Source: a bacterium
Lineage (GTDB): Bacteria; UBA8248
Assembly: GCA_965207065.1 (NCBI GenBank)
Contig: OZ242260.1
Location: 2,304,001 to 2,368,000 of the forward strand
Reading direction: 5' to 3'
DNA: 64,000 nt
Positions 10,988-19,611 of this stretch are shown piece after piece. How positions within the stretch are numbered: the first letter of the stretch is position 1; every line of letters begins with the position of its first letter. Under the pieces are notes generated by a model. The model saw only the letters and a list, made by a program, of their open reading frames with translations. It searched no databases and was not told where the DNA came from. A program made the position numbers and the translations under genes.

Positions 10988-11184
10988 ATGAAGCTGGGCG
11001 TATTGACGGGGACGGCGACTGCCCCGGCCTGAACGCGGTCATCCGCGCGGCGACGGCATCGAACTTCCACCGGGGAAGCCATACGCTGGGTATCCGCCCG
11101 GGCTGGCACGGCCTGGTGGACGGCGATTTCACCGAGATTACGGGCCCGGTGATCTCCGGTATCAGTGACAATACCATCGCTTAA
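10988..11184 (+). pseudogene. pfkA: 6-phosphofructokinase N-terminal fragment
   Basis: MKLGVLTG / frameshift / GDCPGLNAVIRA...GIRPGWHGLVDGDF, the conserved PFK N-terminus; ends after about 65 codons. Confidence 0.7.
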
Positions 11185-11355
11185 CCGAAAAACTATAAGG
11201 GGCCGACGAGGCAGCTGCAAAGTTGCTTTTCTTCACGATTCGTAACGCAGAGGTCCTTAGGGGCGCCGCGTTGACTGGAGCGCTGCGAAGGGGCAGTTTG
11301 CCATTGTGTTTGGGGAATACCCAGATGTTCGGACAGCCCCTTCAGGAGGTTTCGA

Positions 11356-13113
11356 ATGATGTCCGTTTTTACCTCCAGGATTGTTGGACTCGTCGCCATG
11401 ATCGCAATCATGTCCGGCTGCAGCAGCGCAACCAGACAAGGCCACGGCGTCCCGCCTGCAGGAGAATTGTTCCACGGGCAGAAAGCATTGATGGAAAAAG
11501 TCGAAGCCGGAGGTCCCCTCGAGGGTGTTCTGACGATTATCGATACGGAGTGCCGGGTTGCGGAATCCCACTGCGCCGTGGTCACTGAAACCGCCGCGGC
11601 GTTCGGAACACCTCGGGGAAACATACTCCACACGGAAAAAGGGCGCTTCGGCGATGCCGACTATGAGTCCGTGCTTACTCACCCTGAAACGCTCGAAGAA
11701 CTCATTGCATCCGGCGGATTGGAGGCCATAATCGAGGAGTTGAAACTTCTTGGGACGGCTCCGGGGACTTTCCTGACCCGGGCAACGTGGGAGGCGCACA
11801 GAGAACGGACGAAAGTCGTGGTCATGCCGTTCGGTCCGGTTTTCAACCGGCCGGGAGACGGTTCCCTGATCGCAAGTCGCAACATGCTGTTTGTCGCGTC
11901 AATCGGAAACGTCATCACCGATGAGAGCCAGCCGTTCGACAAGGATAGCTTCGTGCGCAACTGGTACACGCCCGGCTGGTGCAGCGATCGGGAATCGGTG
12001 GAGCGGCGCACGGGCAGCGGCAACTTCTATTGCGATCTCCTGAACGACGCACAGCTCGCCAGCATCTTCAGGAACCTGAAGGAGGCGCAGGGAAAGGCTC
12101 TGTATGCGACCTGGGGAGACATCAAGGACGGAGAAGTCACGCCCTATCCTTTTGCGGTGAGCTGCGGGGAAGCGAAGAACGATTGCTTCACGGTCATCCT
12201 GCCGCCTGAGCATCGGGGCCGGAAGATCGAGAGTTTCGATGATATGGCGCAATACGCCGTCGGCACCTCGTTTGCGTCGCCGGCTCTCGGCAGCTATCTC
12301 TTTTATCTTTCCCAACTCTGGGACGATGCGGGAGAGGTGCGCAGGATTCTCAACGAATGCGCCATCGACGTTGGAGAACCCGGAATCGACAGGGAATTCG
12401 GCCGGGGCGTTGCGAGCGCCGACTGTCCGCAGGTGGCGAAGAGGGAAAGGACCACCGCGCGGGCGAGCGTCTCACTTGACATGCGCTCGCCGCTGATGAA
12501 TGCGCGGGATGCGGTGGTGTCTGCTGCCGCGGCGAGGGGCTACGAGGGGTCCAGGTCTTCGCGGCGGGAATCCGAATCCGGCGCGAGGGGGCCGCTTTCG
12601 TTCCACACCGCCCGGCCGCGGGGCGGGGCGAGAGCGCCGCTTCGGTTTTCGTTCGCCTCCTCGGCGCGGCAGCGTGTCGTTCCGGAGATTTACCTGGCGG
12701 AGGGCATTCTGGGCGCCGGGGTGACGAAACGCTTCACCACCGGCGAGAGCATCTCCTTATCGTTCGGGCATGGGTACGACACCCTTGCGGCGTCTTCCTT
12801 CCTGGCCGGCCCCGGACGCCGGGAATCGTTCATGGAGGTCGGCGTGCGTAAGCCGCTACTTCTAGGCCGAAACACGCTCGTCGAACTGTCGGGTTCATAC
12901 GGGCGGGTGAACGATGAAATGCGACTCCAGGTATTCAGGGCGGGACTGAGGTCGGTGCATCGGGAAGGCAACCATAGCGTTGCATTCGACCTCGCGTATG
13001 CGCGGGCGGCCGGTTCTCTCGGCATCCCCGGCTATAGAGACGTGGGCAGGAACAAGGTCCCCTTCATGAAGGAGTCGTTTGACACCGCCGTTTCCTGGCG
13101 CCTGGAATTTTGA
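11356..13113 (+). CDS. Lipoprotein with divergent S8 (subtilase) peptidase domain and C-terminal beta-barrel-like region
   Basis: Lipobox IMSGC; candidate triad LTIIDTE / ESHCAVV / GTSFASP; oxyanion ASIGN; DVGEPGIDREFGRG; amphipathic beta-strand C-terminus ending WRLEF. Confidence 0.65.
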   Translation: MMSVFTSRIVGLVAMIAIMSGCSSATRQGHGVPPAGELFHGQKALMEKVEAGGPLEGVLTIIDTECRVAESHCAVVTETAAAFGTPRGNILHTEKGRFGDADYESVLTHPETLEELIASGGLEAIIEELKLLGTAPGTFLTRATWEAHRERTKVVVMPFGPVFNRPGDGSLIASRNMLFVASIGNVITDESQPFDKDSFVRNWYTPGWCSDRESVERRTGSGNFYCDLLNDAQLASIFRNLKEAQGKALYATWGDIKDGEVTPYPFAVSCGEAKNDCFTVILPPEHRGRKIESFDDMAQYAVGTSFASPALGSYLFYLSQLWDDAGEVRRILNECAIDVGEPGIDREFGRGVASADCPQVAKRERTTARASVSLDMRSPLMNARDAVVSAAAARGYEGSRSSRRESESGARGPLSFHTARPRGGARAPLRFSFASSARQRVVPEIYLAEGILGAGVTKRFTTGESISLSFGHGYDTLAASSFLAGPGRRESFMEVGVRKPLLLGRNTLVELSGSYGRVNDEMRLQVFRAGLRSVHREGNHSVAFDLAYARAAGSLGIPGYRDVGRNKVPFMKESFDTAVSWRLEF

Positions 13114-13358
13114 ATTCATCGGTACGCATCGTTTACGGGTGAACCGTTATCGAGGCGGCTCTGCATAATGGCGCGCATTGTCCGGACGCCGATGCCGTAA
13201 GAGTTTTTTATAAAACAATTCATTCCAATAATCCCGGCAATTCGGGCGCGACTTCTGAGATATTCCGGTTGATTTGTACGATTTCCTCCTCTCGTCCGTC
13301 CCGATCCATTTTGCGTATGATGGCCTGCGCCGCGAACATCGCGGAGCGAAGCAGGTGG

Positions 13359-15287
13359 GTGCGCCAGGCTAACTGGTGCCAGTGCAGCCGGTGAAAGTCC
13401 GGCGGGAAGGAGAAGGTGAGCCACCACTTCCACCCCGAGTCATGGGCCTACGCTCGCGAGGGCGGGGGTCAAGCGTTGACAGGGGCGCGTGCGGGTAGGG
13501 CTAATGAGCACCGAAAAAGCGCATTTCCGGGATGCCGAGGCCGTCCATCTGGCCGAAGGCAGCATTCGACCCACCGACATGGCGAGGGGGGCCGGAATCC
13601 CGCGGTGTCTAAGAACCCATACACGTACGTACGCACTGCACCGGGACCTGGGAGGTCTCCATGTCACCCCGCTGTCGTGGCGGGGTCGCTGACGAAAGGA
13701 GGAGTCCGTAACCGATGATGAACGGCATGGAGAAGTCAGACTCGGCCATAGTAGCCGTGAAGTCGGCGAACAAAGGGGCGGCAGCCCCGGCGGAGCCGAT
13801 GGAGCCAAGGGCCGAGCTCGAGGGGAATCCGGAGGGCCAAAGCACGTACCGGACGCAGGACCGGGAAAGCGTGTCACAAGCGGCCGACCGGATACGGCAG
13901 TTTGTACAAAGGGAACCTGGGATGCGTCTCACGACGCTCCTCCACCATATCACGGTCGATGCGCTGCGCTGGGCCTTCTTCGAGATGAAGAGGGACGCGG
14001 CGGCAGGCGCGGACGGCGTGACATGGCGGATGTACGAGGAAGGGCTGGGAAGCCGTCTGGCCGACCTGCACGACCGCGTGCACTCGGGGGCGTTCCGGGC
14101 GACGCCGTCACGGCGGGTGAATATCCCGAAGCCGGATGGCGGGACACGACCGCTCGGCGTCGCAGCCATCGAGGACAAGATAGTCCAGAAGGCGGTGATG
14201 GAGATAATCCTGACGCCGATTTACGAGGCGGAGTTCCTGGGGTTCAGCTACGGGTTCCGGCCCGGGCGTGGAGCGCACGACGCGCTCGATGCGCTCGCGG
14301 TCGGCATCGACCGGCGCAAGATCAACTGGGTGGTCGATTGTGACATCCGCGCATTTTTCGACACGGTTTCGAGGGACTGGCTGGTCCGGTTTCTGGAGCA
14401 CCGCATCGGAGACAAGCGGGTTATCAGGCTGATCATCAAGTGGTTGAACGCCGGCGTCATGGAAGATGGAGAGTGGCGGGACGACTTGCGGGGGACGCCT
14501 CAAGGCTCGGTGATTTCGCCGAGTCTCGCAAACGTCTACCTGCACTATGTCCTCGATCTCTGGTTCCATAAGAAGTGGCGCAGCCGCGAAGCCAACGGCG
14601 AGTCGATCATCGTACGATATGCTGACGATTTCGTGGTGGGTTTTCAGCACAAGCGGGACGCGGAGCGCTTTCTGGACGCCGTGAAGGAGCGGTTCGGACG
14701 CTTCGATCTGGAACTACATCCCGACAAGACCCGGCTCATCGAGTTCGGGCGTTTTGCCAAAGAGAACCGACAACAGAGCGGTCAAGGCAAACCGGAGACC
14801 TTCGACTTTCTGGGCTTCACGCACTACTGCGCGAAGACCAGAGGAGGGCACTTCCAGTTGGGGCGCAAGCCAGTTGCGAAGCGGACGACGCGCACACTGA
14901 AGCGGATCAAGGAGGTGCTGCACAGGCGGATGCACGACAACATCAGGGATACGGCCAAGTGGCTGGGTAAAGTGGTCGATGGATGGCTGAATTACTATGC
15001 AGTCCCGGCCAGCTACCGGCACCTGTACCGCTTCCTCTTTCGCCTGAAGCGGGTGTGGCTCGACATAATACGCCGCAGATCGCAAAAGGACCGGTTCGCC
15101 TGGGCCAGCATCCACAGGCTAATTGCGCGATACTGGCCCAAGCTGGAAATCCGACATCCGTGGCCGGATCAACGATTTGCCGTCAATGCCTAAGCGGGGG
15201 CAAAACCCGAGGGAGGAGCCGGATGCCTTAGCGGGCACGTCCGGATCTGAGCGGGGGGCGCCGGGTAACCGGCGTCCCTACCGCAAT
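13359..15287 (+). mobile_element. Full-length group II intron
   Basis: 5' GTGCG; domain V GAGCCGGATGCCTTAGCGGGCACGTCCGGATCTGAGCGG; domain VI ending CCCTACCGCAAT; boundaries supported by the restored host frame. Confidence 0.93.
13715..15193 (+). CDS. ltrA: Group II intron reverse transcriptase/maturase (no endonuclease domain)
   Basis: IPKPDGGTRPLG, SYGFRPGR, GTPQGSVISP, RYADDF, FDFLGF, domain X GWLNYY; no HNH tail. Confidence 0.93.
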   Translation: MMNGMEKSDSAIVAVKSANKGAAAPAEPMEPRAELEGNPEGQSTYRTQDRESVSQAADRIRQFVQREPGMRLTTLLHHITVDALRWAFFEMKRDAAAGADGVTWRMYEEGLGSRLADLHDRVHSGAFRATPSRRVNIPKPDGGTRPLGVAAIEDKIVQKAVMEIILTPIYEAEFLGFSYGFRPGRGAHDALDALAVGIDRRKINWVVDCDIRAFFDTVSRDWLVRFLEHRIGDKRVIRLIIKWLNAGVMEDGEWRDDLRGTPQGSVISPSLANVYLHYVLDLWFHKKWRSREANGESIIVRYADDFVVGFQHKRDAERFLDAVKERFGRFDLELHPDKTRLIEFGRFAKENRQQSGQGKPETFDFLGFTHYCAKTRGGHFQLGRKPVAKRTTRTLKRIKEVLHRRMHDNIRDTAKWLGKVVDGWLNYYAVPASYRHLYRFLFRLKRVWLDIIRRRSQKDRFAWASIHRLIARYWPKLEIRHPWPDQRFAVNA

Positions 15288-15834
15288 ATTTCCGCCTCGG
15301 TTCGCGGCCATTCGCGACGCTCCAGGGCCTCCATCGCGAGTTCGACCACGAGTCTGTCGGGTGAATTTTCCCGCCATTCGGCTTCTTTTCGAGGCGCTTC
15401 CACTGATCTGATTTCACCATGACGTTGATTTGTATCGTCCGGAGCACCGGTTTTGCTGCTTCTTCATGAAATTTTTCACCCTGATCGATCGCAAAACGGG
15501 CCGGAAAAATCCCGTTTTCTGCATCGGGTGCACTACATTTTGAGCGCGTGCACCTTCAAATTGCCCCGGCCCATGAAATACCAGAATGGTATCCATCATA
15601 GCGCAGCGCAGGCCTGTTCGATACCAATTCAGTATCTCCGCAGGGGAAAGGCCATTCGCTGCTACCGCCGGTCACTCGATCCATCCATATGAGGGGCAAG
15701 CGGAGCGCAGGCATTCGCATCATGGGCGACCCGCCACCTGAAAGATATCAGGATGGTATTACATTTTCCGGCGCGACGGGAGCACTCAGGAATACGAATT
15801 TTCACGGCATACTGCACGCAGTCGTATCACTGTA

Positions 15835-15870
15835 ACACCAGCATCAGCGATGCGTCTGGTGTACTGAAAG
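15835..15870 (+). other. oriT: Putative oriT core; MOB-F nic site between 15862 and 15863
   Basis: GCATC-AGC-GATGC hairpin running into TGCGTCTGGTGT^AC; same layout as the MOB-F nic sites I recall for R388 (GCACC-GAAA-GGTGCGTATTGTCT^) and F (TGCGTGGGGTGT^). Confidence 0.75.
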
Positions 15871-16081
15871 AAACGCCGAAGGGCGGCTAGCGCAGGGATT
15901 CTTGGGAACGCGAGTCGAGGGGATTTTTGCCGGCGGGAATGGCGAGCGGGAGCCGCCGCGGTGATTGAGCGGGAGGAGGCGATCGGAGCAACCAGGAGAG
16001 GTGCGGTGGAATGATCGAGGAAAGAGGCGACGGGCCGCACCGTCCGATAGTCAGACGACGCGACCCGTCAGGTGCTTCACA

Positions 16082-17041
16082 TCAGGCGGCGATTTTCTGA
16101 ACGGGGATGCCGAGGGTTTTAGCTTTGTCGACGAGGTTGTCCGTGATGCCCGAACCCGGGAAGGCGATCACGCCCTTGGGGAGAAGGCTGAGGAGTTCGT
16201 CGTTGCGCCTGAAGGGAGCCGCCCTGCCGTGGGCGTCCCAGTCGGGTTTGCAGACGACCTGGTGGACGCCGTTCCGCTCGGCCCATCCCGCCGCTATCTT
16301 CTCTGCACCCGGGCCGCCGCCGTGGACAAGGACGACGTCGGCGTACTTGGCCTTGAGGCGGTCGAGGTGTGCGATGATTTTCCCCGCATCGTTCGCCTCC
16401 TTTCCACCCGCGACGGCGACGAGGGTTCCCTGGGGAAGATGGGCCGTGCTCTCGCGGTCTTTTCTGGCTCGCTGGAAGTCGCGCGCCTCGATCACCGCCG
16501 ATGTGAGCTTGCCGGTCTGGCTGACGTGTGATCCTCGCCTCGGCCGCCATACCTCGCCGGTCTCGATGCGGTAGGCCTCTGCGGCCGTGTCCCTGAGTCC
16601 CTCGAACGCATCGCGCCTGTCATTCAAGTTCTGTGCTCGGTCGGTCTTGAGTTCGAGTTCGCGGGAGCGGATCTCGGAGCCGTCCTGCTCGCGCTGTAGT
16701 TCTCGGATGCCGGGGATGAGTTTGTCGGCGGCGCGGTCGAGGCGCTGTGTCTGCGCGTCGAGGGTGTTGACGAAGCCCCACAGGAGGTTTCTTCGCTCGT
16801 CGGCAAGCTGTGTGCCGTCGGGTGCGGCTTCCGCGAGTGCGCCGAAGGCCTTGATGACGGCGGCGGTTGCCTCGCCCTCGTCCCACACGGGGCGGTTGTC
16901 GAACTCATCCGGCCCGGGCGTGGCGCCGAAGAGCGCCGCCTGCTCGCAGACCATGGCGGTGAAGGATTCGTTCTGCGCTTCGTGTTCCGTGTGCTCGTGC
17001 ATGGTGCTCTCCTTGTGGTCGTGAGTCGCGGTGGCAGTCAT
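16082..17041 (-). CDS. DUF2493 (YspA/SLOG-like) domain protein
   Basis: C-terminal VAVAGG...LVHGGGPGAEKIA..WA...PDW..HGRAAPFRRND...AFPGSGIT; coiled-coil middle; start 17041 or 17002. Confidence 0.8.
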   Translation of the reverse strand: MTATATHDHKESTMHEHTEHEAQNESFTAMVCEQAALFGATPGPDEFDNRPVWDEGEATAAVIKAFGALAEAAPDGTQLADERRNLLWGFVNTLDAQTQRLDRAADKLIPGIRELQREQDGSEIRSRELELKTDRAQNLNDRRDAFEGLRDTAAEAYRIETGEVWRPRRGSHVSQTGKLTSAVIEARDFQRARKDRESTAHLPQGTLVAVAGGKEANDAGKIIAHLDRLKAKYADVVLVHGGGPGAEKIAAGWAERNGVHQVVCKPDWDAHGRAAPFRRNDELLSLLPKGVIAFPGSGITDNLVDKAKTLGIPVQKIAA

Positions 17042-17062
17042 CGTTCACTCCTTTGGTTGTCC

Positions 17063-17434
17063 TCAAGCGAGGGGATGGTTGTATTCAGGAAGAGCGTAGC
17101 CACGCTCGTTGCGCCCCACTTCCCTGGGCATTTCGTCGAGATACCCGGCTGCCCACTCGGCGGCGCGGGCGAGGACGTCGCCGTGACACGGGAGGGGCCG
17201 GCAGTGGCAGCCGAGTTCGCAGCCTTGCAGGTCGGCGAGTTCGTGGAGGTTCACCTCCTCCTGCTGGATTTTTCTCCACAGCCATCGCCGGTATTTCTCG
17301 ATGACGGCGTCTCGGTCGCCGTCGGTGCCGACGCGGAAGGGATTTCCCCACTTCGTCATGCGGTCGATCCTCACCATCAAGCCGCTGCCGGGTTCATCGA
17401 CATAGTCGTTCAGGTTCACCACGGTGGTTTCCAT
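17063..17434 (-). CDS. DUF4326 domain protein
   Basis: IDRxTKWGNPF ... LGCHCRPLPCHGDVL signature; RBS GGAGGAG. Confidence 0.85.
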   Translation of the reverse strand: METTVVNLNDYVDEPGSGLMVRIDRMTKWGNPFRVGTDGDRDAVIEKYRRWLWRKIQQEEVNLHELADLQGCELGCHCRPLPCHGDVLARAAEWAAGYLDEMPREVGRNERGYALPEYNHPLA

Positions 17435-17467
17435 GCCTTTCTCCTCCAGAGAGTTAACGGATATGCT

Positions 17468-17661
17468 TCTTAGCGCCCCATTTTCAGCACGTGTTAGGCG
17501 TGGGCGTCAGGGGCGGTTTTCAGTCTTTTTTTCACCCGGAGGGCGCGCAGCGGAAAAAATCCATGCTTCACCGATTTTTTCTGAAAAAAAAGATGCTTTT
17601 GCGTTATTTGCAAAAGCACCCTTGACCCCGCGCCGTGCGTGCTAAAATGAGGACGCTAAGA
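17468..17661 (+). promoter_or_regulatory. Frpo-like single-strand promoter/primer hairpin
   Basis: Long imperfect inverted repeat (17468-17520 pairs with 17612-17661) enclosing inner hairpins; TTGACC at 17622 and TAAAAT at 17643 in the stem arm. Confidence 0.65.
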
Positions 17662-17981
17662 GAGAGACAGTTGATTCGCCACCGGGACACAAGAGCTTCT
17701 GGTGTTTCACGATGAAGGCGAAGCTCATCGGGAAACAATCTCTCATGCTGCGGAGAGGGTCATTTCGGGCCGTTATTCGGCCCGAAATTCCCGCAGCGGG
17801 GGGTGGACCGAGCCACTGTCCTGAATACGGGATAATTGCAGCGTGCATGCCGATCTTCCGTGAACATGGTTCATCGTTCACGGAACCGGAGATTCTTCAG
17901 GAGTTCCCTGTAGACGAGAGAAGCAGGCAGGGCGGGAAAGGCGCGGGCGCTTCGGCGGTGGACTTCCTCTGGATAACGAAC

Positions 17982-18018
17982 AAAAAAAACGAGCCGACGC
18001 GCGAGGCGCCGGCCCGTT
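17982..18018 (-). terminator. Intrinsic terminator after ssb
   Basis: Minus strand ACGGGCCGGCGC-CTC-GCGCGTCGGCTCG followed by T8. Confidence 0.7.
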
Positions 18019-18024
18019 GTGAGG

Positions 18025-18465
18025 TTAGAAAGGAATCTCGTCGGCTGCTCCATCGACTGCCGCCGCCACCGTCTCGGCGTGCGCGCCGTTACCGTTGCCA
18101 TTTCCGTTCCCGTTCACCTTGTCCAGGAACTGGATTCTCCCGCCCGGGGCGATCAGTATCTCGGTCGAGAACCGGTCCGAATCCTCCTCGTCCTTCTTCC
18201 ATCGGCGGGTCTGGAGCTTGCCCGCCACGTAGACCAGGCGGCCCTTCTTCGCGTGCTTTTCGAACATATCCATCAGGCCGGGCTGGAAGGTCACGACCCG
18301 GTGCCACTCGGTCTTGTCCACCCGGTCGCCGGATTGCTTGTCGACGTAGCCCTCGTCGGTGGCGATCGAGAGGTTGGCGACGCGTCCGCCGCTCGCGAGA
18401 TGGTTGATGGTGACGTCGGCGCCGAGACGCCCGATCAGTTCCGCTCTGTTGAGTCCGAATGCCAT
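18025..18465 (-). CDS. ssb: Single-stranded DNA-binding protein
   Basis: LNRAELIGRLGAD, TEWHRVV, KGRLVYVAGKLQTRRW, C-terminal DEIPF. Confidence 0.95.
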   Translation of the reverse strand: MAFGLNRAELIGRLGADVTINHLASGGRVANLSIATDEGYVDKQSGDRVDKTEWHRVVTFQPGLMDMFEKHAKKGRLVYVAGKLQTRRWKKDEEDSDRFSTEILIAPGGRIQFLDKVNGNGNGNGNGAHAETVAAAVDGAADEIPF

Positions 18466-18541
18466 TGTAGTACTCCTTCGTGGTGTGAGTGTGAAAAAAT
18501 GATGGTAGGAGAGAGCCTTTCTCTCCCCGCCCCGGTTCACC

Positions 18542-18676
18542 CTATACGCCTATCAAATCCTCCAACTCCTCTTTCGCCTCGGTGCGGATCACGCGGATCG
18601 CGTACGCGTCGAGTCCGAGTTCTGCGAGCAGTTCGTCCGCGGTGGGAACGTCGACGTCGTAGTCGTTTTCGTACAT
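18542..18676 (-). CDS. Small acidic protein (44 aa)
   Basis: RBS AGGAGG; MYENDYDVDVPTADELLAELGLDAYAIRVIRTEAKEELEDLIGV. Confidence 0.6.
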   Translation of the reverse strand: MYENDYDVDVPTADELLAELGLDAYAIRVIRTEAKEELEDLIGV

Positions 18677-18862
18677 GGCCAGCCTCCTCTCGGGGTTGTC
18701 GCCGGCGGCGGGAGCTGGAGACCGTCTCCCTCTCCCTACCGGGCATTTGCCCGGCTCTCCGCTTCGCTCTGCCTCTCCAACGGAGGGCCGCGACCGGTGA
18801 GGGATGCTCGCAGACCACGAGCCGGAACTTGCGCCCGCTCCGGGATTGTTGTGAGATGGGAC

Positions 18863-19222
18863 ATGGACAGACGAAGACGTACCGGGCGGCCTGGATTTTG
18901 GCCGCTGGCGCTCCTGTGGCTGCCGCTCGGGGTGTTCGCGACAGCCGCCGTGCTCTTCTGGACGGCGCCCGAGGCCTGGACACCGATGCTGCCGGAATCG
19001 GCGGCGTCCCTGGCTCCGTGCGGCCTGCCGCTCGCCCTGGCGTGCCGGAGGCTGTGGCGGCTGGGTTACCGTCGATCCGCCTGGGCAATGGGGGCGGGGC
19101 TCGGCGCGGTGACGGCACCGCTGGTGGCGGGACTGTCCGGCCCGCTCTCGATAGCCGCCTGGGCGGTCGTTCTCAGCCTCCCGGCCTGGATGATGTGGTG
19201 GTGGCTCACCGGGCGGAACTGA
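18863..19222 (+). CDS. Small membrane protein
   Basis: About 4 hydrophobic segments, Trp-rich; the only plausible plus-strand gene I see in the leading region. Confidence 0.55.
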   Translation: MDRRRRTGRPGFWPLALLWLPLGVFATAAVLFWTAPEAWTPMLPESAASLAPCGLPLALACRRLWRLGYRRSAWAMGAGLGAVTAPLVAGLSGPLSIAAWAVVLSLPAWMMWWWLTGRN

Positions 19223-19491
19223 AGCCGGCCGGCGGAGAGACGGCTGCGCAGTAGGGCGGCGGTCGTCAAACCCTCCCTCCACGTTCAGGCCCGCTCCTCT
19301 CCGACTCCCGCGAAGCGGAAGAGCGGCCCGAGCCGTTCGGTGAGGACAGAGGCGCCGAGCGCAGCGAGGTCGTCGTTGAAGTCGCCGCGCTCGGAGACGA
19401 TGACCGTGGCCGTGACGCTCGCCCGTGCGCAGCGTTTGACCAGGCGTTCCGCCGCGACCTCGCCTTCCACGTCGTTGTCCCGGGCGATGCC

Positions 19492-19513
19492 GTTATGCCG
19501 AGCTCGGCATAAC
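19492..19513. repeat. Perfect 22-bp palindrome at RIT1 left end
   Basis: GTTATGCCGAG-CTCGGCATAAC. Confidence 0.95.
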
Positions 19514-19515
19514 CG

Positions 19516-19605
19516 CATTAATGCCGAGAAGTGGATAATGCCGAGTGATCTGCTAAATACGGCTTGTTTACAGGGTTTTTCGGCACATTCACTCGGCATT
19601 ATATC
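19516..19605 (+). repeat. RIT1 left inverted repeat (90 bp)
   Basis: Exact reverse complement of 23147-23236; contains TAATGCCGAG twice direct and once inverted. Confidence 0.95.
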
Positions 19606-19611
19606 TGGAGA

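Larger units (their letters stand above)
13220..15447 (-). pseudogene. Small (about 99 aa) ribbon-helix-helix-like protein gene split by the group II intron
   Basis: Joining 15288 to 13358 gives ...LVVELAMEALERREWPRTEAEI|HLLRSAMFAAQAIIRKMDRDGREEEIVQINRNISEVAPELPGLLE*; N-terminus VLRTIQINVMVKSDQWKRLE needs one extra A in an A-run near 15386-15389. Confidence 0.65.

Noticed and set aside
13715-15193. RT as part of a retron, DGR or defence RT system
   Set aside because: It lies within clear group II intron ends with domains V/VI and a maturase domain; no template/variable repeat or msr-msd seen.
18085-18120. Periodic sequence in ssb
   Set aside because: Encodes the NGNGNGNG low-complexity linker typical of SSB tails.
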